A DNA stretch of 64,000 nucleotides from Escherichia coli. Its GTDB lineage: Bacteria > Pseudomonadota > Gammaproteobacteria > Enterobacterales > Enterobacteriaceae. The first letter of the stretch is position 1; each line of letters opens with the position of its first letter. The notes under the pieces are model-generated. The model searched no databases, was not told the origin of the DNA, and saw nothing but the letters and a program-made list of their open reading frames with translations. Positions 32,876-47,384 of the stretch are shown one piece after another. Location: assembly GCF_003334785.1 (NCBI RefSeq), contig NZ_QOWV01000002.1; one strand, written 5' to 3'. A program made the position numbers and the translations under genes.

Positions 32876-33226
32876 AAAAGGTTCCTTGAAGTATGTCCCA
32901 CGCTGTGGACGGTACTTACATTAAGGCACAACAGGACAAAATGGTCAATTCTTCGTTATGTAAAAAAGCGTCAGTGGATACATATTTTAATGTTATGGAA
33001 GTTAATTTAATTATTTACAATGATGATGTAATAATGATGAATTAACATGATAAACGTAATAATTCATTAATCAGGGTTATTTTGTTTGATATATATCAAT
33101 TGGTACTTTCATATGACACTTAGAATCAATGCTCTCTATAGTGATGAATAATCATCATTCGAAGTCAGGTGGGATGCCTGTCTGAATACACCTCCTTCAG
33201 GATGTGGGGGATTCTGCTGAGCATCT

Positions 33227-35470
33227 ATGAAACTGAATGCAACTTATATAAAAATACGTGATAAATGGTGGGGGCTTCCGCTGTTCCTGCCTTCTTTAAT
33301 CTTGCCCATTTTCGCCCACATTAATACTTTCGCGCATATTTCTTCCGGTGAGGTTTTTCTCTTTTATCTGCCTCTGGCACTGATGATCAGCATGATGATG
33401 TTTTTCAGCTGGGCGGCATTGCCAGGGATCGCCTTAGGGATTTTTGTCCGCAAATATGCAGAGCTGGGTTTTTACGAAACGCTATCATTAACGGCTAATT
33501 TTATTATCATTATCATTCTCTGTTGGGGCGGTTACAGGGTCTTTACTCCCCGGCGTAACAACGTTTCACATGGTGATACCCGTTTAATTTCCCAGCGTAT
33601 ATTCTGGCAGATTGTGTTTCCTGCAACGCTGTTTCTGATACTTTTCCAGTTTGCTGCATTTGTAGGATTACTGGCGAGCAGAGAAAATCTGGTCGGTGTC
33701 ATGCCTTTTAACCTCGGGACTTTAATCAATTATCAGGCCTTACTGGTGGGTAATCTGATCGGTGTCCCGCTGTGCTACTTCATCATTCGGGTAGTGCGAA
33801 ATCCATTTTATTTACGTAGCTATTATTCGCAATTAAAACAGCAGGTTGATGCCAAAGTCACCAAAAAAGAGTCCGCGCTCTGGCTACTGGCATTAGGTGC
33901 TTTATTGTTGCTGTTATGCATGCCGTTAAATGAAAAAAGCACAATTTTTAGCACCAATTATACCTTGTCATTATTGCTGCCCCTGATGATGTGGGGAGCG
34001 ATGCGCTATGGTTATAAGCTGATTTCGCTGCTCTGGGCGGTCGTGTTGATGATCAGCATCCACAGCTATCAAAATTACATTCCCATTTATCTTGGCTATA
34101 CCACGCAGCTGACCATAACCTCCTCCAGTTATCTGGTATTCTCTTTTATTGTCAATTATATGGCTGTACTGGCAACCCGTCAGAGAGCGGTAGTCAGACG
34201 CATTCAGCGGCTTGCGTATGTGGACCCGGTGGTTCATCTGCCAAATGTTCGCGCCCTGAATCGCGCGTTGCGTGATGCCCCCTGGTCTGCGCTTTGTTAT
34301 TTACGCATCCCTGGCATGGAAATGCTGGTTAAGAACTATGGCATCATGCTGCGGATTCAATACAAGCAAAAACTTTCTCACTGGCTGTCACCCTTGCTGG
34401 AACCGGGTGAAGATGTTTATCAGCTTTCGGGTAACGATCTCGCGCTGCGACTGAATACAGAATCGCACCAGGAGCGCATTACCGCACTGGATAGCCATCT
34501 CAAGCAATTTCGTTTCTTTTGGGATGGCATGCCGATGCAACCGCAGATTGGCGTCAGTTACTGCTATGTGCGCTCGCCAGTGAATCATATCTACCTGCTG
34601 CTGGGAGAGCTAAATACGGTCGCCGAACTTTCCATCGTGACCAACGCCCCGGAAAATATGCAGCGTCGCGGGGCAATGTATTTGCAACGCGAATTGAAAG
34701 ATAAAGTCGCGATGATGAATCGACTACAGCAGGCGCTGGAACACAACCATTTTTTCCTGATGGCCCAGCCGATTACCGGTATGCGTGGTGATGTTTACCA
34801 TGAAATTCTTCTGCGCATGAAAGGTGAGAATGATGAACTGATCAGCCCCGATAGCTTCTTGCCGGTCGCGCACGAATTTGGTTTATCGTCGAGTATCGAC
34901 ATGTGGGTCATTGAGCATACGCTGCAATTTATGGCTGAAAACAGAGCGAAGATGCCCGCTCACCGTTTTGCTATTAATCTGTCTCCAACCTCGGTATGTC
35001 AGGCTCGTTTTCCTGTTGAAGTCAGTCAGTTGCTGGCTAAATATCAGATTGAAGCGTGGCAACTTATTTTTGAAGTCACCGAAAGTAATGCTCTGACCAA
35101 TGTTAAGCAGGCGCAAATCACCTTGCAGCATCTTCAGGAATTAGGCTGCCAGATTGCGATTGATGATTTCGGCACCGGCTACGCCAGCTATGCGCGGCTT
35201 AAAAATGTGAATGCCGATCTGCTTAAAATTGACGGCAGTTTTATCCGCAATATTGTGTCAAATAGTCTGGATTATCAGATAGTGGCATCGATTTGCCACC
35301 TGGCGCGAATGAAGAAAATGCTGGTAGTGGCAGAGTACGTTGAAAACGAAGAGATCCGCGAGGCGGTGCTCTCTTTGGGGATCGATTATATGCAGGGTTA
35401 TCTTATTGGTAAGCCGCAGCCGTTAATTGATACGCTGAATGAAATCGAACCCATTCGCGAAAGTGCCTGA
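33227..35470 (+). CDS. pdeF: c-di-GMP phosphodiesterase PdeF (YfgF; MASE1 - degenerate GGDEF - EAL)
   Basis: 747-aa ORF; N-terminal polytopic membrane domain, C-terminal EAL domain with EVTE motif. Confidence 0.92.
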   Translation: MKLNATYIKIRDKWWGLPLFLPSLILPIFAHINTFAHISSGEVFLFYLPLALMISMMMFFSWAALPGIALGIFVRKYAELGFYETLSLTANFIIIIILCWGGYRVFTPRRNNVSHGDTRLISQRIFWQIVFPATLFLILFQFAAFVGLLASRENLVGVMPFNLGTLINYQALLVGNLIGVPLCYFIIRVVRNPFYLRSYYSQLKQQVDAKVTKKESALWLLALGALLLLLCMPLNEKSTIFSTNYTLSLLLPLMMWGAMRYGYKLISLLWAVVLMISIHSYQNYIPIYLGYTTQLTITSSSYLVFSFIVNYMAVLATRQRAVVRRIQRLAYVDPVVHLPNVRALNRALRDAPWSALCYLRIPGMEMLVKNYGIMLRIQYKQKLSHWLSPLLEPGEDVYQLSGNDLALRLNTESHQERITALDSHLKQFRFFWDGMPMQPQIGVSYCYVRSPVNHIYLLLGELNTVAELSIVTNAPENMQRRGAMYLQRELKDKVAMMNRLQQALEHNHFFLMAQPITGMRGDVYHEILLRMKGENDELISPDSFLPVAHEFGLSSSIDMWVIEHTLQFMAENRAKMPAHRFAINLSPTSVCQARFPVEVSQLLAKYQIEAWQLIFEVTESNALTNVKQAQITLQHLQELGCQIAIDDFGTGYASYARLKNVNADLLKIDGSFIRNIVSNSLDYQIVASICHLARMKKMLVVAEYVENEEIREAVLSLGIDYMQGYLIGKPQPLIDTLNEIEPIRESA

Positions 35471-35475
35471 ATAAT

Positions 35476-35502
35476 GCGGGCCGACATTTCTCGTCGGCCC
35501 GC
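35476..35502. terminator. bidirectional terminator between convergent pdeF and ppx
   Basis: GCGGGCCGAC-atttctc-GTCGGCCCGC, a perfect 10-bp stem. Confidence 0.7.
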
Positions 35503-35508
35503 AAAGTA

Positions 35509-39121
<3,613 letters not shown>

Positions 39122-39250
39122 TACCACTTTTACTCCGTTTTATTCACGGGACACTGCCTGGATATTATGGCGAGCAATATTGGCAGATGTCCAACTATGC
39201 CAGAAAAGGGGGAAAAAAACTGCTGGAGCTTGCGATTTACAGGTGAATTG

Positions 39251-39280
39251 AAAAACGCCAGCGGCAGAGCTGGCGCTTTA
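39251..39280 (-). terminator. intrinsic terminator downstream of purN
   Basis: On the minus strand: CGCCAGC-tctgcc-GCTGGCG followed by TTTTT. Confidence 0.65.
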
Positions 39281-39292
39281 ATTACGGGGGTA

Positions 39293-39930
39293 TTACTCGT
39301 CGGCAGCGTAGCCCTGCGGCGGCAGACGTTGACCATCCAGCCACGCGGCGTTTTCGTGCATTTTCAGACGACCATCGGCAAACCAGCTAATCACCAGTGG
39401 ATAAATGGCGTGTTCCTGGGTTTGCACGCGGGCGGTGATGTCATCTTCCGAATCACCAGCAAATACCGGGACTTTCGCCTGTAAAATAACCGGGCCACCG
39501 TCCAGTTCATCGGTGACGAAATGCACCGATGTACCGTGCTCTTCATCGCCATTTTCCAGCGCCTGACGATGGGTGTGTAATCCGGGATATTTCGGCAGCA
39601 GAGAAGGGTGAATGTTCAGCAAACGCCCGGCATAGTGGGAGACAAACGCCGGGCTGAGAATGCGCATAAAACCAGCCAGCACGACCACATCGGGTGCGTA
39701 CATGTCGATTTCATGAATCAACTCCCGGTCATAGGCTTCACGACTGTCAAACGCGCTGGCGATGAGCGTATGCGTTGCAATACCCGCCTGGCGGGCGCGT
39801 TCAAGGCCGAACGCGTCGGCCTTATTGCTGAAAACTGCCCGTACGGTGCCTTTAATTTTGTTGGTTTTACAGGCGTCAATAATTGCCTGTAAATTACTTC
39901 CGTTGCCGGAAATAAGCACCACAATATTCA

Positions 39931-39931
<1 letters not shown>
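39293..39931 (-). CDS. purN: phosphoribosylglycinamide formyltransferase 1
   Basis: 212-aa ORF MNIVVLISGNGSNLQAIIDA...; start overlaps the purM stop (TAATG). Confidence 0.95.
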
Positions 39932-40986
<1,055 letters not shown>

Positions 40987-41030
40987 TTACTTGCGGTAGA
41001 AAAATAAAATTCGGCGCAATTCTAACAGGG

Positions 41031-41047
41031 AAAGCAAACGTTTGCGA
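41031..41047. promoter_or_regulatory. PurR operator (purine box) in the purMN control region
   Basis: Palindrome AAGCAAACGTTTGCGAG containing the canonical GCAAACGTTTGC core, about 70 nt upstream of the purM start. Confidence 0.8.
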
Positions 41048-41222
41048 GACTGCTTTACACAACCTTTTTGCACGTCTTTTCCCCAGGCGCGCGGCGAAAG
41101 AAGACTTGTGCCAGGGTAAAGGTTAGTTTTCGGATGGAATAATCTTCTTTCATAACCATCTGAATATAAAATAACTTTATCTCAAACCGTTATCATTTTG
41201 ACTAAAGTCAACGAAAAGAATA

Positions 41223-41265
41223 TTGCCGCCTTGAAGAAAGGAGGTATAATCCGTCGATTTTTTTT
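41223..41265 (+). promoter_or_regulatory. upp promoter (TTGCCG-N16-TATAAT) with initially transcribed T8 tract (UTP-sensitive reiterative transcription)
   Basis: TATAAT at about 41245-41250 followed by CCGTCGATTTTTTTTG; known regulatory architecture of upp. Confidence 0.7.
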
Positions 41266-41292
41266 GTGGCTGCCCCTCAAAGGAGAAAGAGT

Positions 41293-41919
41293 ATGAAGAT
41301 CGTGGAAGTCAAACACCCACTCGTCAAACACAAGCTGGGACTGATGCGTGAGCAAGATATCAGCACCAAGCGCTTTCGCGAACTCGCTTCCGAAGTGGGT
41401 AGCCTGCTGACTTACGAAGCGACCGCCGACCTCGAAACGGAAAAAGTAACTATCGAAGGCTGGAACGGCCCGGTAGAAATCGACCAGATCAAAGGTAAGA
41501 AAATTACCGTTGTGCCAATTCTGCGTGCGGGTCTTGGTATGATGGACGGTGTGCTGGAAAACGTTCCGAGCGCGCGCATCAGCGTTGTCGGTATGTACCG
41601 TAATGAAGAAACGCTGGAGCCGGTACCGTACTTCCAGAAACTGGTTTCTAACATCGATGAGCGTATGGCGCTGATCGTTGACCCAATGCTGGCAACCGGT
41701 GGTTCCGTTATCGCGACCATCGACCTGCTGAAAAAAGCGGGCTGCAGCAGCATCAAAGTTCTGGTGCTGGTAGCTGCGCCAGAAGGTATCGCTGCGCTGG
41801 AAAAAGCGCACCCGGACGTCGAACTGTATACCGCATCGATTGATCAGGGACTGAACGAGCACGGATACATTATTCCGGGCCTCGGCGATGCCGGTGACAA
41901 AATCTTTGGTACGAAATAA
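41293..41919 (+). CDS. upp: uracil phosphoribosyltransferase
   Basis: Track ORF 41266-41919 trimmed to ATG at 41293 ([16 protein letters not shown]...), 208 aa. Confidence 0.95.
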
Positions 41920-41934
41920 AGAATAAAAATAATT

Positions 41935-41964
41935 AAAGCCGACTTTAAGAGTCGGCTTTTTTTT
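41935..41964 (+). terminator. intrinsic terminator or attenuator between upp and uraA
   Basis: AAAGCCGACT-ttaag-AGTCGGCTTT followed by a T8 run. Confidence 0.75.
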
Positions 41965-42004
41965 GAGTAAAGCGCCTATAACACATAATACAGAGGATAA
42001 TACT

Positions 42005-43294
42005 ATGACGCGCCGTGCTATCGGGGTGAGTGAAAGACCGCCACTTTTACAGACAATCCCGCTTAGTTTGCAACATTTGTTCGCCATGTTTGGTGCAACC
42101 GTCCTGGTGCCCGTCTTATTTCATATTAACCCGGCGACTGTACTGTTATTTAACGGTATTGGAACGCTGCTGTATCTCTTCATCTGTAAAGGGAAAATTC
42201 CGGCTTATCTTGGTTCCAGCTTTGCCTTTATTTCACCGGTATTGTTACTGTTGCCGTTAGGGTATGAAGTCGCGCTGGGCGGCTTTATTATGTGCGGCGT
42301 GCTGTTCTGCCTGGTTTCTTTTATCGTGAAGAAAGCGGGGACCGGCTGGCTGGACGTGCTGTTTCCACCTGCGGCAATGGGCGCAATCGTTGCCGTCATC
42401 GGTCTGGAGCTGGCGGGCGTAGCTGCCGGTATGGCGGGTTTACTCCCGGCTGAAGGGCAAACGCCAGACTCCAAAACCATCATCATCTCTATTACCACCC
42501 TGGCGGTCACGGTTTTAGGTTCCGTGCTGTTTCGTGGTTTCCTGGCAATTATCCCGATTTTAATTGGCGTGCTGGTGGGGTACGCGCTCTCTTTCGCAAT
42601 GGGAATTGTCGATACCACGCCGATTATTAATGCTCACTGGTTTGCGCTGCCAACCCTCTATACGCCGCGCTTCGAGTGGTTTGCCATTCTGACTATTCTG
42701 CCAGCGGCGTTAGTGGTTATTGCCGAACACGTAGGGCACCTGGTAGTAACGGCTAATATCGTCAAAAAAGATCTGCTGCGCGATCCAGGTCTGCACCGTT
42801 CGATGTTTGCTAATGGCTTGTCGACCGTGATTTCCGGCTTCTTTGGCTCTACGCCAAATACTACTTACGGAGAAAACATTGGCGTGATGGCGATCACCCG
42901 TGTTTACAGTACCTGGGTTATCGGCGGGGCGGCGATTTTCGCTATCCTGCTTTCCTGCGTCGGTAAACTGGCTGCCGCTATCCAGATGATCCCATTGCCG
43001 GTGATGGGCGGCGTTTCGCTGCTGCTTTATGGTGTCATCGGTGCTTCCGGTATTCGTGTTTTGATCGAATCGAAAGTGGATTACAACAAAGCACAGAACC
43101 TGATCCTGACTTCCGTGATTTTGATCATCGGCGTCAGTGGCGCGAAGGTAAACATCGGCGCGGCGGAGTTAAAAGGTATGGCGCTGGCGACCATCGTCGG
43201 TATCGGCTTAAGTTTGATCTTCAAACTGATCAGTGTGCTGCGCCCTGAAGAAGTGGTGCTGGACGCAGAAGACGCGGATATAACAGACAAATAA
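42005..43294 (+). CDS. uraA: uracil:H+ symporter UraA (NCS2 family)
   Basis: Track ORF 41963-43294 trimmed to ATG at 42005 ([16 protein letters not shown]...), 429 aa; polytopic membrane protein. Confidence 0.94.
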   Translation: MTRRAIGVSERPPLLQTIPLSLQHLFAMFGATVLVPVLFHINPATVLLFNGIGTLLYLFICKGKIPAYLGSSFAFISPVLLLLPLGYEVALGGFIMCGVLFCLVSFIVKKAGTGWLDVLFPPAAMGAIVAVIGLELAGVAAGMAGLLPAEGQTPDSKTIIISITTLAVTVLGSVLFRGFLAIIPILIGVLVGYALSFAMGIVDTTPIINAHWFALPTLYTPRFEWFAILTILPAALVVIAEHVGHLVVTANIVKKDLLRDPGLHRSMFANGLSTVISGFFGSTPNTTYGENIGVMAITRVYSTWVIGGAAIFAILLSCVGKLAAAIQMIPLPVMGGVSLLLYGVIGASGIRVLIESKVDYNKAQNLILTSVILIIGVSGAKVNIGAAELKGMALATIVGIGLSLIFKLISVLRPEEVVLDAEDADITDK

Positions 43295-43388
43295 TGTACC
43301 GACCGGGCAGTGTTGCTGCCCGGTTCAAACATCATGGGATTCTGTGGTAAACTTCTCGCGATTTTGTGAAATCCTGGTTGAGGTATCT

Positions 43389-44090
43389 CTGAACACACCG
43401 GCACAGCTCTCTTTGCCACTTTATCTTCCTGACGACGAAACCTTTGCAAGTTTCTGGCCGGGGGATAACTCCTCTTTACTGGCCGCGCTGCAAAACGTGC
43501 TGCGTCAGGAACATAGCGGTTACATCTATCTCTGGGCACGCGAAGGCGCGGGGCGCAGCCATCTGCTGCACGCGGCTTGCGCGGAATTGTCGCTGCGTGG
43601 CGATGCGGTGGGCTATGTCCCGCTGGATAAACGCACCTGGTTTGTTCCGGAAGTGCTCGACGGTATGGAGCATTTGTCGCTGGTCTGTATCGACAACATT
43701 GAGTGTATTGCAGGCGATGAGTTGTGGGAGATGGCGATTTTCGATCTCTACAATCGAATTCTGGAATCGGGCAAAACACGGTTGTTGATCACCGGCGATC
43801 GTCCACCGCGGCAGTTGAATCTGGGATTACCGGATCTCGCGTCGCGACTCGACTGGGGGCAGATCTACAAATTGCAGCCACTTTCTGATGAAGATAAGTT
43901 GCAGGCGCTACAGTTACGCGCGCGTTTGCGTGGTTTTGAACTGCCGGAAGATGTGGGGCGTTTCTTGCTGAAGCGGCTCGACAGAGAAATGCGCACGCTA
44001 TTTATGACGTTGGATCAGTTGGATCGTGCGTCGATTACCGCGCAACGTAAGCTGACCATTCCGTTTGTGAAAGAAATTCTGAAGTTGTAG
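43389..44090 (+). CDS. hda: DnaA-inactivating AAA+ protein Hda (non-AUG CUG start)
   Basis: Track ORF 43344-44090; mature Hda is 233 aa beginning at the CTG codon that encodes L in ...VSLNTPAQ ([19 protein letters not shown]...); the start assignment rests on prior knowledge, not on the sequence alone. Confidence 0.8.
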   Translation: MNTPAQLSLPLYLPDDETFASFWPGDNSSLLAALQNVLRQEHSGYIYLWAREGAGRSHLLHAACAELSLRGDAVGYVPLDKRTWFVPEVLDGMEHLSLVCIDNIECIAGDELWEMAIFDLYNRILESGKTRLLITGDRPPRQLNLGLPDLASRLDWGQIYKLQPLSDEDKLQALQLRARLRGFELPEDVGRFLLKRLDREMRTLFMTLDQLDRASITAQRKLTIPFVKEILKL

Positions 44091-44103
44091 ATAAGGTGTT
44101 TAT

Positions 44104-44200
44104 TGTCGGATGCGGCGCGAACGCCTTATCCGAACTACGCGAAGTTAATCCATAGTATTCGTAGGCCGGATAAGACGTGGCAAGCGTCGCATCCGGCAAT
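44104..44200. repeat. BIME: two REP palindromic units in inverted orientation between convergent hda and yfgD
   Basis: GTCGGATGCGGCGCGAACGCCTTATCCGA and its diverged inverse CGTAGGCCGGATAAGACGTGGCAAGCGTCGCATCCGGCA. Confidence 0.8.
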
Positions 44201-44227
44201 GTGCTTCAACTAGCGATGGAGCACATC

Positions 44228-44587
44228 TTAACCCACGATTTCCAGTACCTGCTCCGGTGGACGACCAATCCGCGCTTTGCCATTCGCGACCACAATCGGG
44301 CGCTCCATCAGCTTCGGATTATCCACCATTGCCTGAATCAGCGCCTCTTCGCTAAGCGAACTGTCAGCCAGGTTCAGTTCTTTATAAAGATCCTCTTTCT
44401 GGCGCATCAATTCACGGGCGCTATTCATCCCCAGTATTTTCAGCAAATCGCGCAGCGTTGCCGCATCGGCGGGTGTCTCAAGGTAGAGCACCACTTCTGG
44501 CTCCACGCCGTTTTCTTTCAGCAGGTTCAGCGTTTCCCGGCTCTTTGAACAGCGTGGGTTATGGTAGATTTTTACCTGTTTGGTCAT
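44228..44587 (-). CDS. yfgD: ArsC-family (Spx-like) protein YfgD
   Basis: 119-aa ORF MTKQVKIYHNPRCSKSRETLNLL... Confidence 0.88.
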   Translation of the reverse strand: MTKQVKIYHNPRCSKSRETLNLLKENGVEPEVVLYLETPADAATLRDLLKILGMNSARELMRQKEDLYKELNLADSSLSEEALIQAMVDNPKLMERPIVVANGKARIGRPPEQVLEIVG

Positions 44588-44607
44588 TGTTCTTCCTTTA
44601 ATGCGAA

Positions 44608-46071
44608 TTACATCTTGGTATAAGGCTTAAAGCGTTCCTGCAGCTGGCGCAACTGGTCGATGCGCGCATCGTAACGCGCTTGTTGCAGGCTGCCTAATTT
44701 CACCTGCGAACTGGCGCTACTCAACAGCGAAATGGCCTGATCGAGTCGTCCGGCGAGCGCATAACCTTCTGCTCGCGCAGCCAGCTCCTGATCGCGGTTA
44801 TTTAGCGCGGCTTCCGCCTGTGCCAGCAAATCCCAGCCGTTGCTGTCATCTTTATTATTAAAGGTGTAGCGATTCAGAATATTGGCCGCTTCTTGTGGTT
44901 GACCGCCTTGCAAATAAGCGTTCGCCAGGTTGAGCTGCAACACCGGATTGGTGCGTAAATCGCGGGCATTTTTCAGACGATTGATCGCCTCATTGGCTTT
45001 GTTTTGCCCAAGATCGATATCAGTAGCCAGATCGAGATACCATGCGTTGCCAGGTTCTGCCGCCAGTAACGGTTGCAGCGTTTTACGCGCCTCGTCGTAT
45101 TTATTGGCTTCCATCGCCTGTAAAGCACGACCATATTGTGCTGCTCGTTGCTGACGAACGTTTCCTTTCGCCCATTCATCCAGCAAATCACTGGTGAGCT
45201 GGTTACGTCCGGAATTATACATCCCCAGTGTGCGCGCTTTCGCCAGATAGAAATCTTCCGACGACTGCACCACCATCGGGCGCATCTGATTAGCACGGTT
45301 GCGGGCATCTGCCAGACGACTTTCCGGCAACGGGTGAGTCAATAAAATTTCCGGCGGGCGCGAGGAGTAACGCGCCTGATCGAGTAATTTTTCGAGGAAG
45401 GTTGGCATCGCCTGCGGATCGAATCCCGAGCGTTGCAGCACCTGAATACCAATGCGGTCCGCTTCCTGTTCATTTTGCTGGGTGAAACTGATCATCCCCT
45501 GACGCGTTCCCGCCAGTGTACCGGTCAGCGCCGCCATCCCCGCCTGCGGACTGGCCATCGCCAGTAAAATAGAACCTAACGCGCCGACCCAGGTCAGCGG
45601 CGCGCTGCGCTGCTGATCTTCCATCGCTCGCGCCAGGTGACGTTGGGTGACGTGGGAGATTTCGTGCGCCATAACTGAAGCCAGTTGACTTTCGTTATCG
45701 GAATAACGGAACAGGGCAGAGTGCAGCACCACGTTGCCGCCAAAGAAAGCAAAGGCGTTAATTTCGTCGTTGTTGATCAGAAAAAAATGAAACGGTGTCT
45801 TAACCGAATTGGCATGCGAAACCAGACGCATCCCCAGCGAATTAATATATTGCGTTAACAGCGGGTCATTAATTAACGGCGCGCTGCCGCGTAGCTGGCG
45901 GACATAATAGTCGCCCATCTGCATTTCCTGACCAATGGAAAGCGTGCTTCCTGCGGAGGTTCCCATATCCGGCAAGGTGTCTGCGCTGTCGGCAAACGCC
46001 GGGGCTACCTGACCAATGGTCATAGCAGCAATGAGGGTTGCAACCAGGTTTTTTTTCAACTGCCTGAACAT
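44608..46071 (-). CDS. bepA: periplasmic beta-barrel assembly-enhancing protease BepA (YfgC; M48 peptidase with TPR domain)
   Basis: 487-aa ORF; signal peptide; zinc-binding HEISH motif ([12 protein letters not shown]). Confidence 0.93.
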
Positions 46072-46283
46072 AACCTCTATCCTGTATTTCTGGAGATAGT
46101 CATTTGACCGATACTGTGAAATATCGTTCCCACCGCGCCGCCTTTGAGTGTAACGGCGAAGATTAGCCCACTCAAATGACTTTTCAGTTTCCTGAATCCG
46201 TCATAAAAAGCGAAGTCTTTTTTGTGACATTTCGATACAATTGCGGATCGCAATCCCGCTCTTGAGGTTCAGGGAAGGTCTTT

Positions 46284-47345
46284 ATGCTCGAAATGTTGAT
46301 GCAATGGTATCGCCGCCGTTTTAGCGACCCGGAAGCGATTGCCTTGCTGGTTATTTTAGTTGCCGGATTTGGCATTATCTTTTTCTTTAGTGGCCTGCTT
46401 GCTCCGTTGCTGGTGGCTATTGTGCTGGCCTATTTGCTGGAATGGCCAACCGTGCGTCTGCAATCTATTGGCTGCTCCCGCCGCTGGGCGACGTCGATTG
46501 TATTGGTGGTTTTCGTCGGTATATTGCTACTGATGGCGTTCGTGGTACTGCCTATCGCCTGGCAACAGGGCATCTACTTAATCCGCGATATGCCGGGGAT
46601 GCTCAATAAGCTTTCTGACTTTGCCGCCACGTTGCCGCGCCGCTATCCGGCGTTAATGGACGCGGGCATTATTGATGCAATGGCCGAAAATATGCGCAGT
46701 CGGATGCTGACCATGGGCGATTCGGTGGTGAAAATTTCCCTCGCCTCGCTGGTCGGTTTGCTGACCATAGCCGTCTATCTGGTGCTGGTGCCATTGATGG
46801 TCTTCTTCCTGCTGAAAGACAAAGAGCAGATGCTGAACGCCGTTCGCCGGGTGCTGCCGCGTAACCGTGGGCTGGCAGGACAGGTGTGGAAGGAGATGAA
46901 TCAACAAATCACCAACTATATCCGCGGCAAAGTGCTGGAGATGATCGTGGTGGGGATCGCCACCTGGCTGGGGTTCTTGCTCTTCGGGCTGAACTATTCG
47001 CTGCTGCTGGCAGTGCTGGTCGGCTTCTCGGTTCTTATTCCGTACATTGGCGCATTTGTGGTGACCATTCCGGTGGTTGGCGTGGCGCTATTCCAGTTTG
47101 GCGCAGGTACTGAATTCTGGAGCTGCTTCGCGGTGTATCTGATTATTCAGGCGCTGGACGGCAACCTGTTAGTGCCGGTGTTGTTCTCCGAAGCGGTTAA
47201 CCTGCATCCGCTGGTGATTATTTTATCGGTGGTGATCTTCGGTGGTTTGTGGGGATTCTGGGGCGTATTCTTCGCCATTCCGTTGGCGACGCTGATCAAA
47301 GCCGTGATTCATGCCTGGCCCGATGGGCAAATCGCGCAAGAATAA
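46284..47345 (+). CDS. perM: AI-2E family transporter PerM (YfgO)
   Basis: 353-aa polytopic membrane ORF. Confidence 0.88.
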   Translation: MLEMLMQWYRRRFSDPEAIALLVILVAGFGIIFFFSGLLAPLLVAIVLAYLLEWPTVRLQSIGCSRRWATSIVLVVFVGILLLMAFVVLPIAWQQGIYLIRDMPGMLNKLSDFAATLPRRYPALMDAGIIDAMAENMRSRMLTMGDSVVKISLASLVGLLTIAVYLVLVPLMVFFLLKDKEQMLNAVRRVLPRNRGLAGQVWKEMNQQITNYIRGKVLEMIVVGIATWLGFLLFGLNYSLLLAVLVGFSVLIPYIGAFVVTIPVVGVALFQFGAGTEFWSCFAVYLIIQALDGNLLVPVLFSEAVNLHPLVIILSVVIFGGLWGFWGVFFAIPLATLIKAVIHAWPDGQIAQE

Positions 47346-47349
47346 TCTT

Positions 47350-47384
47350 CAGCCCGACGAACTGTTTCGCCGGGCTGATTTTTC
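47350..47384 (+). terminator. intrinsic terminator downstream of perM (possibly shared with convergent focB)
   Basis: CAGCCCG...CGGGCTG stem followed by ATTTTTC. Confidence 0.55.

Noticed and set aside
32720-33010. 96-aa plus-strand ORF overlapping yfgG on the opposite strand, and 62-aa ORF 32116-32304 inside yfgH.
   Set aside because: Both lie antisense to recognised genes in low-complexity or AT-rich sequence and have no start signals.
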